Below are positions 17,500-35,200 of a stretch of DNA of 64,000 nt, piece after piece. A program made the position numbers and the translations under genes. Below the pieces are notes generated by a model. That model was not told the DNA's origin. It saw only the letters and a list, made by a program, of their open reading frames with translations, and made no database searches. This DNA comes from the human T2T-CHM13v2.0 reference genome, Homo sapiens: the NCBI RefSeq assembly GCF_009914755.1, contig NC_060940.1, one strand, 5' to 3'. Every line of letters starts with the position of its first letter. The stretch's first letter is position 1.

Positions 17500-18012
17500 A
17501 GTGAAGGACGTTAGTTTAAAGAGAAAGGTGGAGACACAGAGAAGGGGGTGGAGAGCAGCCCTGGGCTGCAATGTGGGTGAGCAGCCAAAGCAGGCGTCTC
17601 CGCAATTGACTTGCCACCAAGGGAATGTGGGTGAATGACCAAGGCAGGCATCCCTGCGGTGATCAGACACCAATGAAATGTGGGTGAATAATCAGGCAGG
17701 TGTCCCCGCAGTGATTAAACATCAAGGGAAGGCTGTCTTCCCAAGTCCATGACTAGCGCCGGAGTTTTGGGTCCACGAATAAAATGTGTCTCTTTTGTCT
17801 CTATTAGAGAGGAAAAAGAACTGGAATTGGAATGACAGGGAGATTGAAGGGTAGCGAGAGAGGCCAGAGAAGAGTGAAAAGACTGCTTACCTGATTTGAA
17901 ATTGGTGAGATGTTCCTTGGTCTGGTTGGTCTGAGGACCCGAGGTCATAGGTGGATCTCCTCACGGAGTGAGGGCGAGGACAGGGGACCGGTCTCCCGAA
18001 GGAGTCCTCCCG

Positions 18013-18030
18013 TCCTGGGTTTTGGCATCA
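18013..18030 (-). other. Primer-binding site, tRNA-Phe type
   Basis: Minus strand TGATGCCAAAACCCAGGA matches 15/18 to the Phe PBS TGGTGCCGAAACCCGGGA and 10/18 to the His PBS TGGTGCCGTGACTCGGAT. Confidence 0.85.
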
Positions 18031-18032
18031 AA

Positions 18033-18136
18033 TGTCTCACATGTCTATGTGAAGAGACCACCAAACAGGCCATCTGGATGTATATGTGCAGGTCACTGGG
18101 GATACGATGGCTTAGCTTGGGCTCAGAGGCCTGACA
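18033..18136 (-). mobile_element. Internally deleted 5' LTR of the HERV-H provirus (104 bp)
   Basis: Both LTR termini are retained and fused at CAGGC; about 357 bp are missing relative to the 3' LTR. Confidence 0.93.
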
Positions 18137-18150
18137 CTGACCTCAAGTGA

Positions 18151-18770
<620 letters not shown>

Positions 18771-19324
18771 TAGCCAGGATGGTCTCGATCTGCTGATCTC
18801 GTGATCCGCCCGCCTCGGTCTCCCAAAATGCTGGGATTACAGGCGTGAGCCACCAAGCCTGGCCAACCTTTTTTTTTGTAATTCAACCTTTAGTAGAACA
18901 CAGCCATGCTCATTCGTTTATGGATTATCTGTGGCTGCTTTCCTGCTACAAGGACAAAGCTGAGTAATTGCAAATAGTAAATTCCTACCTCTTTACAGAA
19001 AACGTTTGCTGACGTCTGTTCTAAGCACATTACATATGATTGCCATCTAATCCTCAGGACAGCTATAGGAGGTAGGAACCGCTGTCTACATTTTATAGGT
19101 GGGAAAACCAAGGCATGGAATGGTCAAGAAACTTGCCAGGTTATGCAGGCAGCAAGTGAGGCTGGTGTCCAAATCCAGGCAGGGTGGGTTGGGAAACTGT
19201 GCTCTTAACTGCCAGGTCTTGCCACCTGCTCGGACAGACAGAATTGCAGTAACTGCCCCACAGACCCCTGACCAGATGCTCCACGGGCATGAAAAGCAGG
19301 GGCTTGGCTGGACGCGGTGGCTCA

Positions 19325-19801
<477 letters not shown>

Positions 19802-20549
19802 CTACCAGGGCCTCTGGCTCCTCCCCTCTCAGACTAAGCTCTGGGCTGCTGTGATTGAGGCCCCTCTATGCTGTATTTATTTATTTTGAGACAGTGTCTC
19901 TCTGTGTCACCTAGGATGGAGTGCATTGCTTCCATCACAGCTCACTGCAGCCTCAACCTTCCAGGCTCGAGCGATCCTCCCACCTCAGCCAAAAAAATGT
20001 TTTATTTTTCTGTAGAGACAGGGTCTCACTATGGTGCCCAGGTTGGTCTTGAACTCCTGGGTTCAAGCAATCCTCCCGCCTCATCCTCTCAAAGTGTTGG
20101 GATTATAGGCATGAGCCACTGCATCCAGCCAGTCATATTTCAATTGCTTAATAGTCCCATGTGGCCAGTGGCCACTGTATTGGACAGTGCAGATATAGAA
20201 CATGCCCTTCATTGCCGAAGCCCAACAAAGGGTAAGCCACCATGCCCGGACCCCTGACTTATTTTTCTCCATGCACTTATCAACATCTGAAATACATTGT
20301 TTTTACTTGTTTAATGTCTGTCTCCTCCAAATAGAATGTAAGTTTCATAAAAGCAGGGAAATGGTGTGTGGTCTTCAAGGCTATGTTGTAGTCCTAGAAC
20401 AGTGCTTGAGTGGTGATAGTTGCTCAGTAAATGTTTCTGAGTGACTGAGTGGTGGGTGAATACATGAATAGATGGATGGGTGGGTGGTCTTTCCAGGAGC
20501 AGGGCAGTGATCAGCCACTGGCTTTGGAGGGCTTCTTGAAATTGATTGA

Positions 20550-20798
<249 letters not shown>

Positions 20799-20968
20799 TA
20801 GCCAGGATGGTCTCGATCTCCTGACCTCGTGATCCACCCGCCTCAGCCTCCCAAAGTGCTGGGATTACAGGCGTGTAATCACGAAGGCTGCGAGCCACCA
20901 CGCCGGGCAGAGTCCGGGCTTTATGAGTTCTTGGGTTAAGACCCTTTAGTAGCTGTAAACACAGATTA

Positions 20969-21073
<105 letters not shown>

Positions 21074-21076
21074 TCA

Positions 21077-21700
<624 letters not shown>

Positions 21701-23085
21701 TTAACTGGGTGTGGTGGCACACACCTGTAGTCCCAGCTACTTGGGAGGCTGAGGCCGGAGGATTGCCTGAGCCTGGGAGGCAGAGTGAGTGGAAATGGCA
21801 CCACTGCACTCTAGTGTGGGTGACAGAGTGAGATCCTGTCTCAAAAACAAAACACCAAACAAAACAACAAAATGTTTTGTATTGTGAAAAAAATACATCA
21901 TTCATATAGAGAAGAATAATATTCAAGGGTTAAATTCCTAAAATCTTTTACTCATTTTTTTGACACCCTTTCTTTCCTGGTATGTAAAGTACTTTGGTTG
22001 GCGTGGTGGGTGATCTAACCTATCTTGTATCCTCAGCATCAAATTCATTCATTCCTGAATTATTCATTCATTCAACTTAGAAGGTATTTATTAAGCATCT
22101 GTCCTGTACCAGGCTCTGTGCTAGACCCTGGTAATTCAGCAGTGACAGAAAGAGATAAGGTCCCTGCCTTCATAGAAGTTATAGAGTCAGAGACAACACA
22201 CAAGTAAAAAATTAAAAAGGACAGAGTAGGCTGAGTGTGGTGGTTCACACCTATAGTCCCAGCACTTTGGGAGGCTGAGGTGGGAGGATCACTTGAGCCC
22301 AGAAGTTCGAGACTAGCCTGGGCAACATAACGAGACCTCATCTCTATTAAAATATATGCATATTAACTGGGTGTAGTGGTGCACACCTGTGGTCCCAGCT
22401 ACTCAGGAGCCTGAGGCGAGGAGTATTGCCTGAGCCTGGGAGATCAAGGCTGCAGTGAGCTATGATGGTACCACTGCACTCCAGCCTGGGCAACAGAGCA
22501 AAACCTTGTCTTAAACAAACAACACAAAAAGGATGGAGTAGTAACAGGGGTGAGTGAGTGCGGTGGAGTGGGTACTTAGGAGCTATGTGGTGTTTGAAGG
22601 AGTGAGCAAAAGCTCATCAAAGCACAGAGCAAGTCTTCATCTTCTCCAGAGTCCCAACCTCCAGTCTGGAGTCTGGCCCAGAGAGAGGATCCACGCAAGT
22701 TGTCAAACAGAACTAATTCCCATAGCAGCTGGTGAGAGGCCTGGATCCAGTGACCTACAAGGTCCCTTTTTACCCAGAGTTTCCATGATACTTTGTGTGG
22801 GAAACAAACCCCTGCTGTGAACTCAGCACCAAATACGGTTGGGCAAGTTTCTTGGCTAGAACGCGGGGGAAGCTGGTGGTGGTTTTAGTGCCATTTAGAT
22901 CATACTTGGCTGGTGCCCACATCCTGGGAGGTTCATGCCTGTTGGTAGGATGTGGTGTCCTGTGGGAAAAGTTGCCAAGAAAGGACCTCAGGATGCTCAC
23001 CAGATGTACCTGCCTCTGCCACTGCTCATTCATTCATTCATTCATTCTTCAGATGGAGGGCCGCTTTTTTTTTTTTTTTTTTTAA

Positions 23086-23229
<144 letters not shown>

Positions 23230-23232
23230 TAA

Positions 23233-23439
<207 letters not shown>

Positions 23440-24169
23440 TAGTATATGGCAGAAAAATTGGCTATGCCTGGCCCTGCTCCCTCATGTCTCCTGGAATTAC
23501 CCAGTCATCCTCCTACCTAAGTAATAATCTCCTAATTGCTGAAATCTGGCCCCAGTGACCAAGAAGTTCTAGGCATTCTTAGAGGCACCCCAATATCTGA
23601 AATATGCTACCTGCTCCTGTGCAGATGGTCAACAGCAGCCCACGCTGACCACAGGACTACAGTGGCCATCCCAACAGCAAGGCTCTTGGCTGGACCAATT
23701 CAGTAGAATGTCTGACAATAACTGTAATGAGATGATCTTATTCTTTAAGGATGAGAAGGACATCAAGGCTCTAAGTGGTGAAATGACCTGTGGTAAAACC
23801 AGGAGTCTGTCTTGACACTCAAGTCTTGGGCAAGTCACCATGCCTGGGCCTCAGTTTCCCTGTTGGAAAGCCAGAGCAGGCCAAGGGTGGTGGCTTATGC
23901 CTGTAATCCCAGCCCTTTGGGAGGCTAAGGCGGGAGGATCACTTGAGCCCAGGAGTTTGAGACCAGCCTAGGCAACAAAGCAAGACCCCGTCTCTACTAA
24001 AAACTGAAAAAGAAAAAAATTATCCAGGTGTAGTGGTGTGCATCTGTAGTCCCAGCTATTTGGGAGGCTGAGGTGGGAGGATCGCTTGAGCCCAGGAATT
24101 CAGGTTACACTCCAGCCTGGGCAATAGAGCAAGACCCTATCTCAAAAAAAATAAAAAATACCAGGGCAA

Positions 24170-24881
24170 CGGCCGCCCCTACTGGGAAGTGAGGAGCCCC
24201 TCTGCCCGGCCAGCCGCCCCGTCCGGGAGGGAGGTGGGGGGGGTCAGCCCCCCTGCCCGGCCAGCCGCCCCGTCCGGGAGGTGAGGGGCGCCTCTGCCCG
24301 GCCGCCCCTACTGGGAAGTGAGGAGCCCCTCTGCCCGGCCACCACCCCGTCTGGGAGGTGTGCCCAACAGCTCATTGAGAACGGGCCAGGATGACAATGG
24401 CGGCTTTGTGGAATAGAAAGGCGGGAAAGGTGGGGAAAAGATTGAGAAATCGGATGGTTGCTGTGTCTGTGTAGAAAGTAGAAGACATGGGAGACTTTTC
24501 ATTTTGTTCTGCACTAAGAAAAATTCCTCTGCCTTGGGATCCTGTTGATCTGTGACCTTACCCCCAACCCTGTGCTCTCTGAAACATGTGCTGTGTCCAC
24601 TCAGGGTTAAATGGATTAAGGGCGGTGCAAGATGTGCTTTGTTAAACAGATGCTTGAAGGCAGCATGCTCGTTAAGAGTCATCACCAATCCCTAATCTCA
24701 AGTAATCAGGGACACAAACACTGCGGAAGGCCGCAGGGTCCTCTGCCTAGGAAAACCAGAGACCTTTGTTCACTTGTTTATCTGCTGACCTTCCCTCCAC
24801 TATTGTCCCATGACCCTGCCAAATCCCCCTCTGTGAGAAACACCCAAGAATTATCAATAAAAAAATAAATTTAAAAAAAAA
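24170..24881 (+). mobile_element. 5'-truncated SVA (VNTR end, SINE-R, poly A), probably SVA_E/F
   Basis: GC-rich VNTR units (gcccggccagccgccccgtccgggagg), SINE-R ...aacagctcattgagaacgggccaggatgac..., AATAAA and A-tail; perfect TSD aaaaaataccagggcaa (24153-24169, 24882-24898); CpGs largely intact. Confidence 0.96.
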
Positions 24882-25123
24882 AAAAAATACCAGGGCAAGT
24901 GAAGCCCTCTGTGCTTACCTCTGCAGGTTGGCGTGAGAAATGAGGTGACGTCATGCTGGGAAAAGTGTGTGTTATATGCAAACGAGGGGGTGGATCCTAG
25001 TTATAAAAATAATGATGCCTGTGTTCAAAGACATGGTCGTGACATTTTTTGTTTGAAGTTGAGGAACTTCCCTGGAGTGTCTAAAGAGGAAAAATCAGAA
25101 CAGTTCTTCCTAGGAGGGGGTAG

Positions 25124-25523
<400 letters not shown>

Positions 25524-25885
25524 TAAATCCATGGCCCCCTGAATTTTTTCATGGTGAAGACTACAGCTTTGGGGTCTGATAAACCTGTGATGGGTTCCTA
25601 GTTCCAACACTTACTGTGTGAGCAAGCAACACTTACTAATTGTCTGAGCCTCAGTTATTAATCTGTAACATGGAGATAATTCTTTTGTTTGTCTTTTGGG
25701 TTTTTTTTTTCTTGGAATTGGAGTCTTGTTATGTTGACCAAGCTGGTCTTGAATTCCTGGGCTCAAGCAATCCTCCTGCTTTAGCCTCCCAAAGTAGCTG
25801 AGACCACACCAGCACAATGGGGATAATTCTCTCTAAAGAGTAGTTCGGAGTATTAAGTGTGACGATGCATGTTAAATACTTTATT

Positions 25886-25924
<39 letters not shown>

Positions 25925-27025
25925 TTTTCTGAGACGGAGTCTCGCTCTGTCGCCCAGGCTGGAGTGCAATGGCAAAATCTTGGCTCACCACAAGCTCTGC
26001 CTCCTGGGTTCACGCCATTCTTCTGCTTCAGCCTCCCGAGTTAGCTGGGACTACAGGCACCCGCCACCATGCCCGGCTATTTTTTTGTATTTTTAGTAGA
26101 GATGGGGTTTCACCATGTTAGCAGGATGGTCTTGATCTCCTGACCTCGTGATCCACTCGCCTCGGCCTCCCAAAGTGCTGGGATTACAGGCGTGAGCCAC
26201 CACGCCTGGCCCACATGTTAAATACTTTAAATGGCCTGGTACAAGGTAGGCAAGTACTCAATAAATCTTAGCCAGTGTTGTTCATGTTGTTTGCAACTCC
26301 TTCCTCACCATCATGCTGATGAGGCCCATGGTATTAGATCCTCCATTCCCGAGATGAGAAAAATGTGACTCTGAGGCAGCTGTGGTCTCTCCTGGGGTGG
26401 CTTGGCTGGTGGGTGACAGGCCAGTATTTTAAACCAACCCAGGCTCCAGCCTGGGGCCCCTGACCCCACAGCTGTTGAATATTCAGTAGGTCCATGCTGT
26501 TCTATATTCAAAGACCTTTGTTTGTGGCTAATAATAGCTCTTTGTTTCTGCTTGCAGGAGGGTAGCCTCCATGCAGGGCTTAGACCCTTTTCCTTTTCAG
26601 GGACCACACCCACCCTACCCTCATATTGGCTCTAGGGAGCCACTGCCACTAATGGAAGTGTGTCATATCCTCAGGGTGTGCCAGGCAGGGAGGTAGAAGG
26701 GTGGGTGAGGCTCGTAGACTTGCACATGGTGATTGGCAGGGCCCCAGCCACGTGTCCATGTGTCATCTACAGTGGGACAGCTGCTCCATTGTGTCTGAAC
26801 TTGCCTATCCGAGAAAGGCAAAGATTACAGTGTCAGAGCCAGGCCTTGACCGGTCCCCACCTGGCCCTGCCCCTGCCCATCCTCATCCGGTTGGTGCCTT
26901 TATGGAGCTCTGTGTGTGCCGAGCACTGCCTGGGACCTTCTACCCATGTGATCCCCTTTAATGTTCATAAACAGGCTGTGTAGCAAGTCCTGACCCCAGC
27001 CTTGCCCTTGCAGCCTCCAGGGTGA

Positions 27026-27136
<111 letters not shown>

Positions 27137-28439
27137 TAGCTGGGATTACAGGCACGCGCTAGCGTGCCCAGCTAATTTTGTATTTTTAGTAGAGACAGCG
27201 TTTCTCCATGTTGGTCAGGCTGGTCTTGGACTCCCAACCTCAGGTGATCCCCTTGCCTTGGCCTCCCAAAGTGCTGGAATTACAGGCGTGAGCCACCGTG
27301 CCCGGCCCAGGGTGACCTTTTAAAATGCAGTCAAAGCACAACATCCCAAGGTCCTGCCACAGTCTACAAAGCCTGACTTGGTTCGACCCCAGCCACCCCT
27401 CTGACTTTAACGTTTCCATTCTCCCTGTCCTAAATACCTATTGTTGCTCAACACACTGCTCCAAATGTGCTGGCTTAAGCCATGTTGTTATTTCTGCTGA
27501 TTCTGTGCATCAGGGACGATGCAGGGCACGGGGGAGCCCGCTTGCACTGCTGCCTGGGATGTCTGCTGGCGCTGGAGCACCCAAGATGGCCTCATCATGG
27601 CGATGCCTGGTGAGGATGCCCCAGGGGTTTTTTTTGTTTTCTTTTGTTTTGCTTTTTTGAGACAAAGTCTTGCTCTGTCGCTTAGGCTGGAGTGTAGTGG
27701 TCCAATTTCGGCTCACTGCAACCTCTGCCTCCCAGGTTCAAGCTATTCTTCTACCTCAGCCTCCTGAGTAGCTGGGATTATAGGCGCGTGCCACCACGTG
27801 CAGCTAGTTTTTTTTTTTTTGTATTTTTAGTAGAGATGGGATTTCACCATGTTGGCCAGGCTGGTCTTGAACTCCCCACCTCAGGTGATCCGCCTGCCTC
27901 GGCCTCCCAAAATGCTGGGATTACAGGTGTGAGCCACCGTGCCTGGCTGTCCCAGGGGTTTGAAGACACGAGCCTGGGGCCTTGGTTCTTGCAGTCACCC
28001 AGGTTGTTGGTTCTTTTTGTAGGCTTAGGGGCTCTTCCTCTCCACCTCATTGTCCTAGGCAGTTGGACTTCCTACCAGGTAACCCTGGCCCGAGAACACA
28101 GAAGTGGCTACTGCAAGGCCCTCTTATGACTTTGGGCTGGAAATGGCAGAGCATTACTTCCATTGAGTCCTTTGGTTAAAGCAAGCACAGGTCCTGTGCA
28201 GATTCAAGGAGGGGACCACGCAGAGGGCCAGGCCAGTGTGGCTCATTGGAGGCCACCAACGAAACCGCCCACCAGGTTCTTGCTCATTAACTCTTCCTCC
28301 AACCTGTCACACACTCTTCTGCCGCTGGGCCTTTCCACTTATGGGTTCCCTCTGCCTGGGGTGCTTTTCCCCAAATATCCAGGGGTCTCACCCCTTCCCT
28401 TCATTCAGCCTTAGCTAAATGTCACCTTTAAAGAGAGAC

Positions 28440-28521
28440 CGAGATCACGTGCCACTGCACTCCAGCCTGGGTGACAGAGCGAGACTCCGTCTCAAAAAAA
28501 AAAAAAATAAATAAATAAAAT
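28440..28521 (+). mobile_element. 5'-truncated Alu (about 80 bp) with TSD
   Basis: Alu 3' end plus A-rich tail flanked by aaagagagac (28430-28439, 28522-28531). Confidence 0.9.
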
Positions 28522-29995
28522 AAAGAGAGACAATACCTGACCCCACCTTATCAAAAACAGTTTACCCCTCTCATATCACCTCTGTCCCCTGACACCACTC
28601 TGTTCTTTTTTTTTTTTTTCATTACACTTATCACTTCCTGGCATAATATTTACTGCCTGTTTATTATTTGATATCCCTCTCCCTCATCTCAGAATATAAC
28701 TGCCGCGTGAGTAGGGCTCTTGCCTTGTTCACTGCAGTTCCCTTAGTTCCAGATATGACATATGGTAGATAGAGTTGTTGAATGAGTATTTGAGATGAGG
28801 AAACTGAGTCTTAGAAAGGTTAAGTAACTTTCACAAAGACATACAGCTAATAAGTGACAGAGTGGGGATCCAAACTCAAGCATTTGGCATTGATCATGAA
28901 GCTTTGCTGCATAGAAGCTTTGCTGCATAGGGGTAATTGCTTAGGTAATTATGGCTGCCTGCCCCCTCTTCTCCCTGAGTCCTGTCTGTCTCCACTCAGA
29001 GTGATCTTCCTGCAACTAAAATCTGATCAGGGATAAAACCCATCTTGAAGGTAGCTTCCCTCCCCTTCAGCAGAAAGCCCGCCTGCCTTAGCCTGCTGCC
29101 CAAGACACAGCAAAGCTTGGCTTCTAGCTCTGGCCTGATATAGAAACGATAAGGGTTTTGGAGTCAGCCCTGGCTTTGTCTGCAGTGCTCCCAATCACCA
29201 GCTCTCTAAATGCAAGCAAATTAGGAATGTCATTCATTCTGAGTGTCTGTGGTTAGCAGGGCGGTCAAGCTGGCTGAAGACTGGTCTGGAGCGGCCTCAG
29301 CTGGGGCAGTCATCCCACATAGTCTCATCTTCCAGCAGGCTAGCTCAGGCTTGTTCTGGCTGGGCTCCAGAGACAAGCAGAAGTCTGCAAGACCTCCTAA
29401 GGCTGGGCTTAGAACTGGCCCAGCATCACTTCTGCTGTGTTCTGTTGGTCCAAGCAGATCAGGAGGCCAGCCCAGATCCCATGAATATGTGTGAAGCTCT
29501 TAACACCATGCCTGACACACAGGAAATGCTATTATTATTGTTGCTGATGTTGTTGCCATGCATTTGCATGGTATACTTTATGCTTTTTAGAGTTTTATTG
29601 AATACATTACTATACCCTACACTGTGGGAGGAAGTTGGAGCAAATATTACCAGCCCCATTTGACAGATATTTAAAATATTTAAAACTTTGGGCAAGTTTA
29701 GATAACTTGCCCAAGGCCATGCTTTTAGCTAGTGTCTGTAGCCAAACACTGGAGATCAGATATTGTGCAATTTAAAGCATGTCTGCAAACACATCTGCAG
29801 AAAGCGAGCCCATCTGCAGATGATTTCATTGTCCTGAGCACCACTGTGGTAAATAAAATAAGATCAAAATGCTGTCGTCACTGACCCAGGCTAGTAACTA
29901 TCTGCAAGGTTCAGTGATGATGTCCAAGATCCAAGTTTCCTGCTTGGCTTCCGAACTCACTGGAGTGAATGATGACTTTCTTTTCTTTTACATAG

Positions 29996-30239
29996 AGAAC
30001 CTCTCTCTAGACTCCAGTTGCTTCTCTTCTCCACCTGTGAACTTCCTCCAAGAATTGCCAAGCTACCGGTCCATTGCACGTAGGAGAACGACTGTCCATT
30101 CCCGGGACAAGCAAAGCGGAACTTTGCTAAAGCCAACCGACTCTTACAGCTCCCAGCTGGAGGACAGAATCGCTGAAAACCTCAGCAGCCATTCTCTTCG
30201 AAATTATGCACTGAACATCTCTGAGAAGCGGAGACTAAG
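29996..30239 (+). CDS. TMC7: TMC7 exon 2 ([26 protein letters not shown]...ISEKRRL)
   Basis: Pyrimidine tract ctttcttttcttttacatAG; donor AG|GTTTGT; 244 nt; open frame continuous with exons 1 and 3. Confidence 0.95.
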
Positions 30240-30462
30240 GTTTGTTCACTAGCCACCTGGAACCTGCATTGTGTATGTTATGGCCCAGAGGTATGTTTTG
30301 TGCGTGAAATGCATTTCCTGAAGAGCTCATATAATTAAAATTTTATTCCTTAGGGTAAGCTAAGCCTCTTTGACAAACATACCTGAATTTTCTTCTCCAC
30401 TCCTACTGCTTCACTTGACTAGCCTTAAAAAAGAAAAAAAAAAAGACACCCAAACATACTCA

Positions 30463-30995
<533 letters not shown>

Positions 30996-30998
30996 TGA

Positions 30999-31306
<308 letters not shown>

Positions 31307-32334
31307 CTAGGTTCAGGTCAGTGGGGGACTTTGCAGCCATTCAGGGACCCAGGCTCTTTCCATCTTGTGGCTCTGCATACCCCTAAAGCCTCATTTTTGT
31401 CTGCAACCAAGCAGTACAAAAAGAAAGAGTTTGCAGTATGAGTATACCAGTCAGCTACGCAGCAGAATAAATCACCCCACAACGGAGTAGCCTAAAACAA
31501 TAGTTTCTCAAGTCTACCAGTCAGCTGGACAAATCCTTCTAGTTTCAGTTGGGCTGAATCTTTATCCATAGTCGGCTGTGGTTGGGGAGGTGTCTCTGCT
31601 GATCTAGGCTGGGGATCAGCTGGCTGTAAGCTGGTCTGGGGTGGCTTCAGCTGGGATGATCACATGGTATCATCAGGATAGCTCGGGTTTGTTTGCATGG
31701 CAACAGCTGGAGCCCAAGAGAGGATCGGAAGCCTGCAGAACCTCTTGGGACTAGGCTTAAAACCAGCTCAGCTTCCCTCCTACTGCAGTCTGTGGTCTAA
31801 CAAGATCACAGTCCAGATTCAATCGGTGGGAAAATATTCCTCCCCCTAATGAGAAGAGCTGTAAAGTCACATGGCCACGAGGCATTCACACATTCATTGA
31901 GTAATCGGGAGTTTTGGGAGTGGGTTAAGAGCCAAGTCTGAAAGGTGCACATATCACTTTTCTTTACATTTCTACCAGAGAGAATTTAGCCACATGGTCA
32001 TACCTAACTGCCAGGAAGGCTGGGAAGTGTCTCCAGCTAGTGCCAGAGAAGGGGAGAATGGATTTGGGTGGTAGCTTGCCATCTCCCCCATTCTTGAAGA
32101 ATTTAAAACATAATTTTCCGATTGACCTGGTGTAATGACAGAGGTGGTTATTTCTGCTTAACTCTCGAATTACTGCCCCCCACAGGGTCAGTAGCATAAA
32201 TGCATTAGAAAGGTCAGGCAAAGTGGCTCATGCCTGTAATCACAGCAACTTGAGAGGCTGACGCAGGAGGATTGCTTGACAGCAGGAATTCTAGACCAGC
32301 CTGGACAGCATAGCAAGACCCTGTCTTTACAAAA

Positions 32335-32377
<43 letters not shown>

Positions 32378-32981
32378 AATAATAATAATAGAAAAATTAG
32401 CTGGGTGTGGTGATGTGTGCCTATAGTCCCAGCTGCTCAGAAGGCTGAGATAGGTGTATCACTCAAGCCCAGGGCTAGGAGGGCTGCAGTGAGCTATGAT
32501 TCTGCCACTACCCTCCACCCTGGGTGACAGAGTAAGACCCTGTCTCTATGAAGAAAATAGCAAAACAAAATAACACATTGGATGATACACTGTACCTTGT
32601 AGGTTTGAGAATACATTATCTTTGGTTTTATTTTTAATTTGGGTGGTCTTGTATTCTCAAAAAATATTGAGACTTTATAAATGTATTTTAGCTGGCACAG
32701 TGGCTTACACCTGTAGTCCCAGCACTTTGGGAGGCTGAGGCAGGTGGATCACTTGAGCTCAGGAGTTCGCGACCAGCCTGGGCAATGTAGTGAAACCCTG
32801 TTTCTACTAAAATTACAAAATTTAGCTGGGCATGGTGGTGCACTCCTGTAGTCTCAGCTACTCAGGGAAGATCACCTGAGCCCAGGAGGTTGAGGCTGCA
32901 GCAAGCCAAGATGGCACCACTGCACTTCAGTCTGGGTGAAAAAGTGAGATGTTGTCTCAAAAAAAAAAAAAAAGTATTTTA

Positions 32982-33084
32982 GTGCTCCCTTTGGCAGCAC
33001 ATATACTAAAATTGGAGCGATACAGAGAAAATTAGCATGGCCTCTGAGCAAGAATGACACACAAATTCATGAAGTGTTCCATAT
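32982..33084 (+). pseudogene. U6 snRNA retropseudogene (near full length)
   Basis: gtgctccctttggcagcacatatactaaaattgg...gttccatat has about 10 substitutions versus U6 over 103 nt; followed by an A-rich tail and TSD; upstream is an Alu tail, not a PSE/TATA promoter. Confidence 0.95.
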
Positions 33085-33246
33085 ATAAATTTATTTAAAA
33101 ACCAAATAAATAAATAATGTATTTTATTTCCCACTCTTTCAGATTCACAGATTTTGAATTCTTATAAACTATTACTGCTCTATGCCAAACTCTGCCACAC
33201 CTAAGAGAGAGACATATTTTCTTCCATCAAGGGACTTCCAGGCTCA

Positions 33247-33774
<528 letters not shown>

Positions 33775-33953
33775 TTACAGGCACCCACCAGCATGCCTGG
33801 CTAATTTTGTAATTTTTAGTAGAGACAGGGTTTCACCACGTTGGTCAGGCTGGTTTTGAACTCCTGACCTCAGGTGATCCGCCTGCCTTGGCCTCCCAAA
33901 GTGCTGGGATTACAGGCTTAGCCACCGCACCGGGCCAGGAAGGACAATTCTAA

Positions 33954-34274
<321 letters not shown>

Positions 34275-34321
34275 TGATCCGCCTGCCTCGGCCTCCCAAA
34301 GTCCTGGGATTACAGGCATGA

Positions 34322-34462
<141 letters not shown>

Positions 34463-34623
34463 TGAGTAGCTAGGATTACAGGCACCTGCCACCATGCCTG
34501 GCTAATTTTTTTTATTTTTGGTAGAGACGGGGTTTCACCATGTTGGTTAGGCTCGTCTGGAATTCCTAGCCTCAGGTGATCCATCTGCCTTGGCCTCCCA
34601 AAGTGCTGGGATTACAAGCATGA

Positions 34624-35200
<577 letters not shown>

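Noticed and set aside
32982-33084. Functional U6 snRNA gene
   Set aside because: About 10 substitutions, no terminal T-run, an A-rich tail and TSD, and no upstream PSE/TATA.
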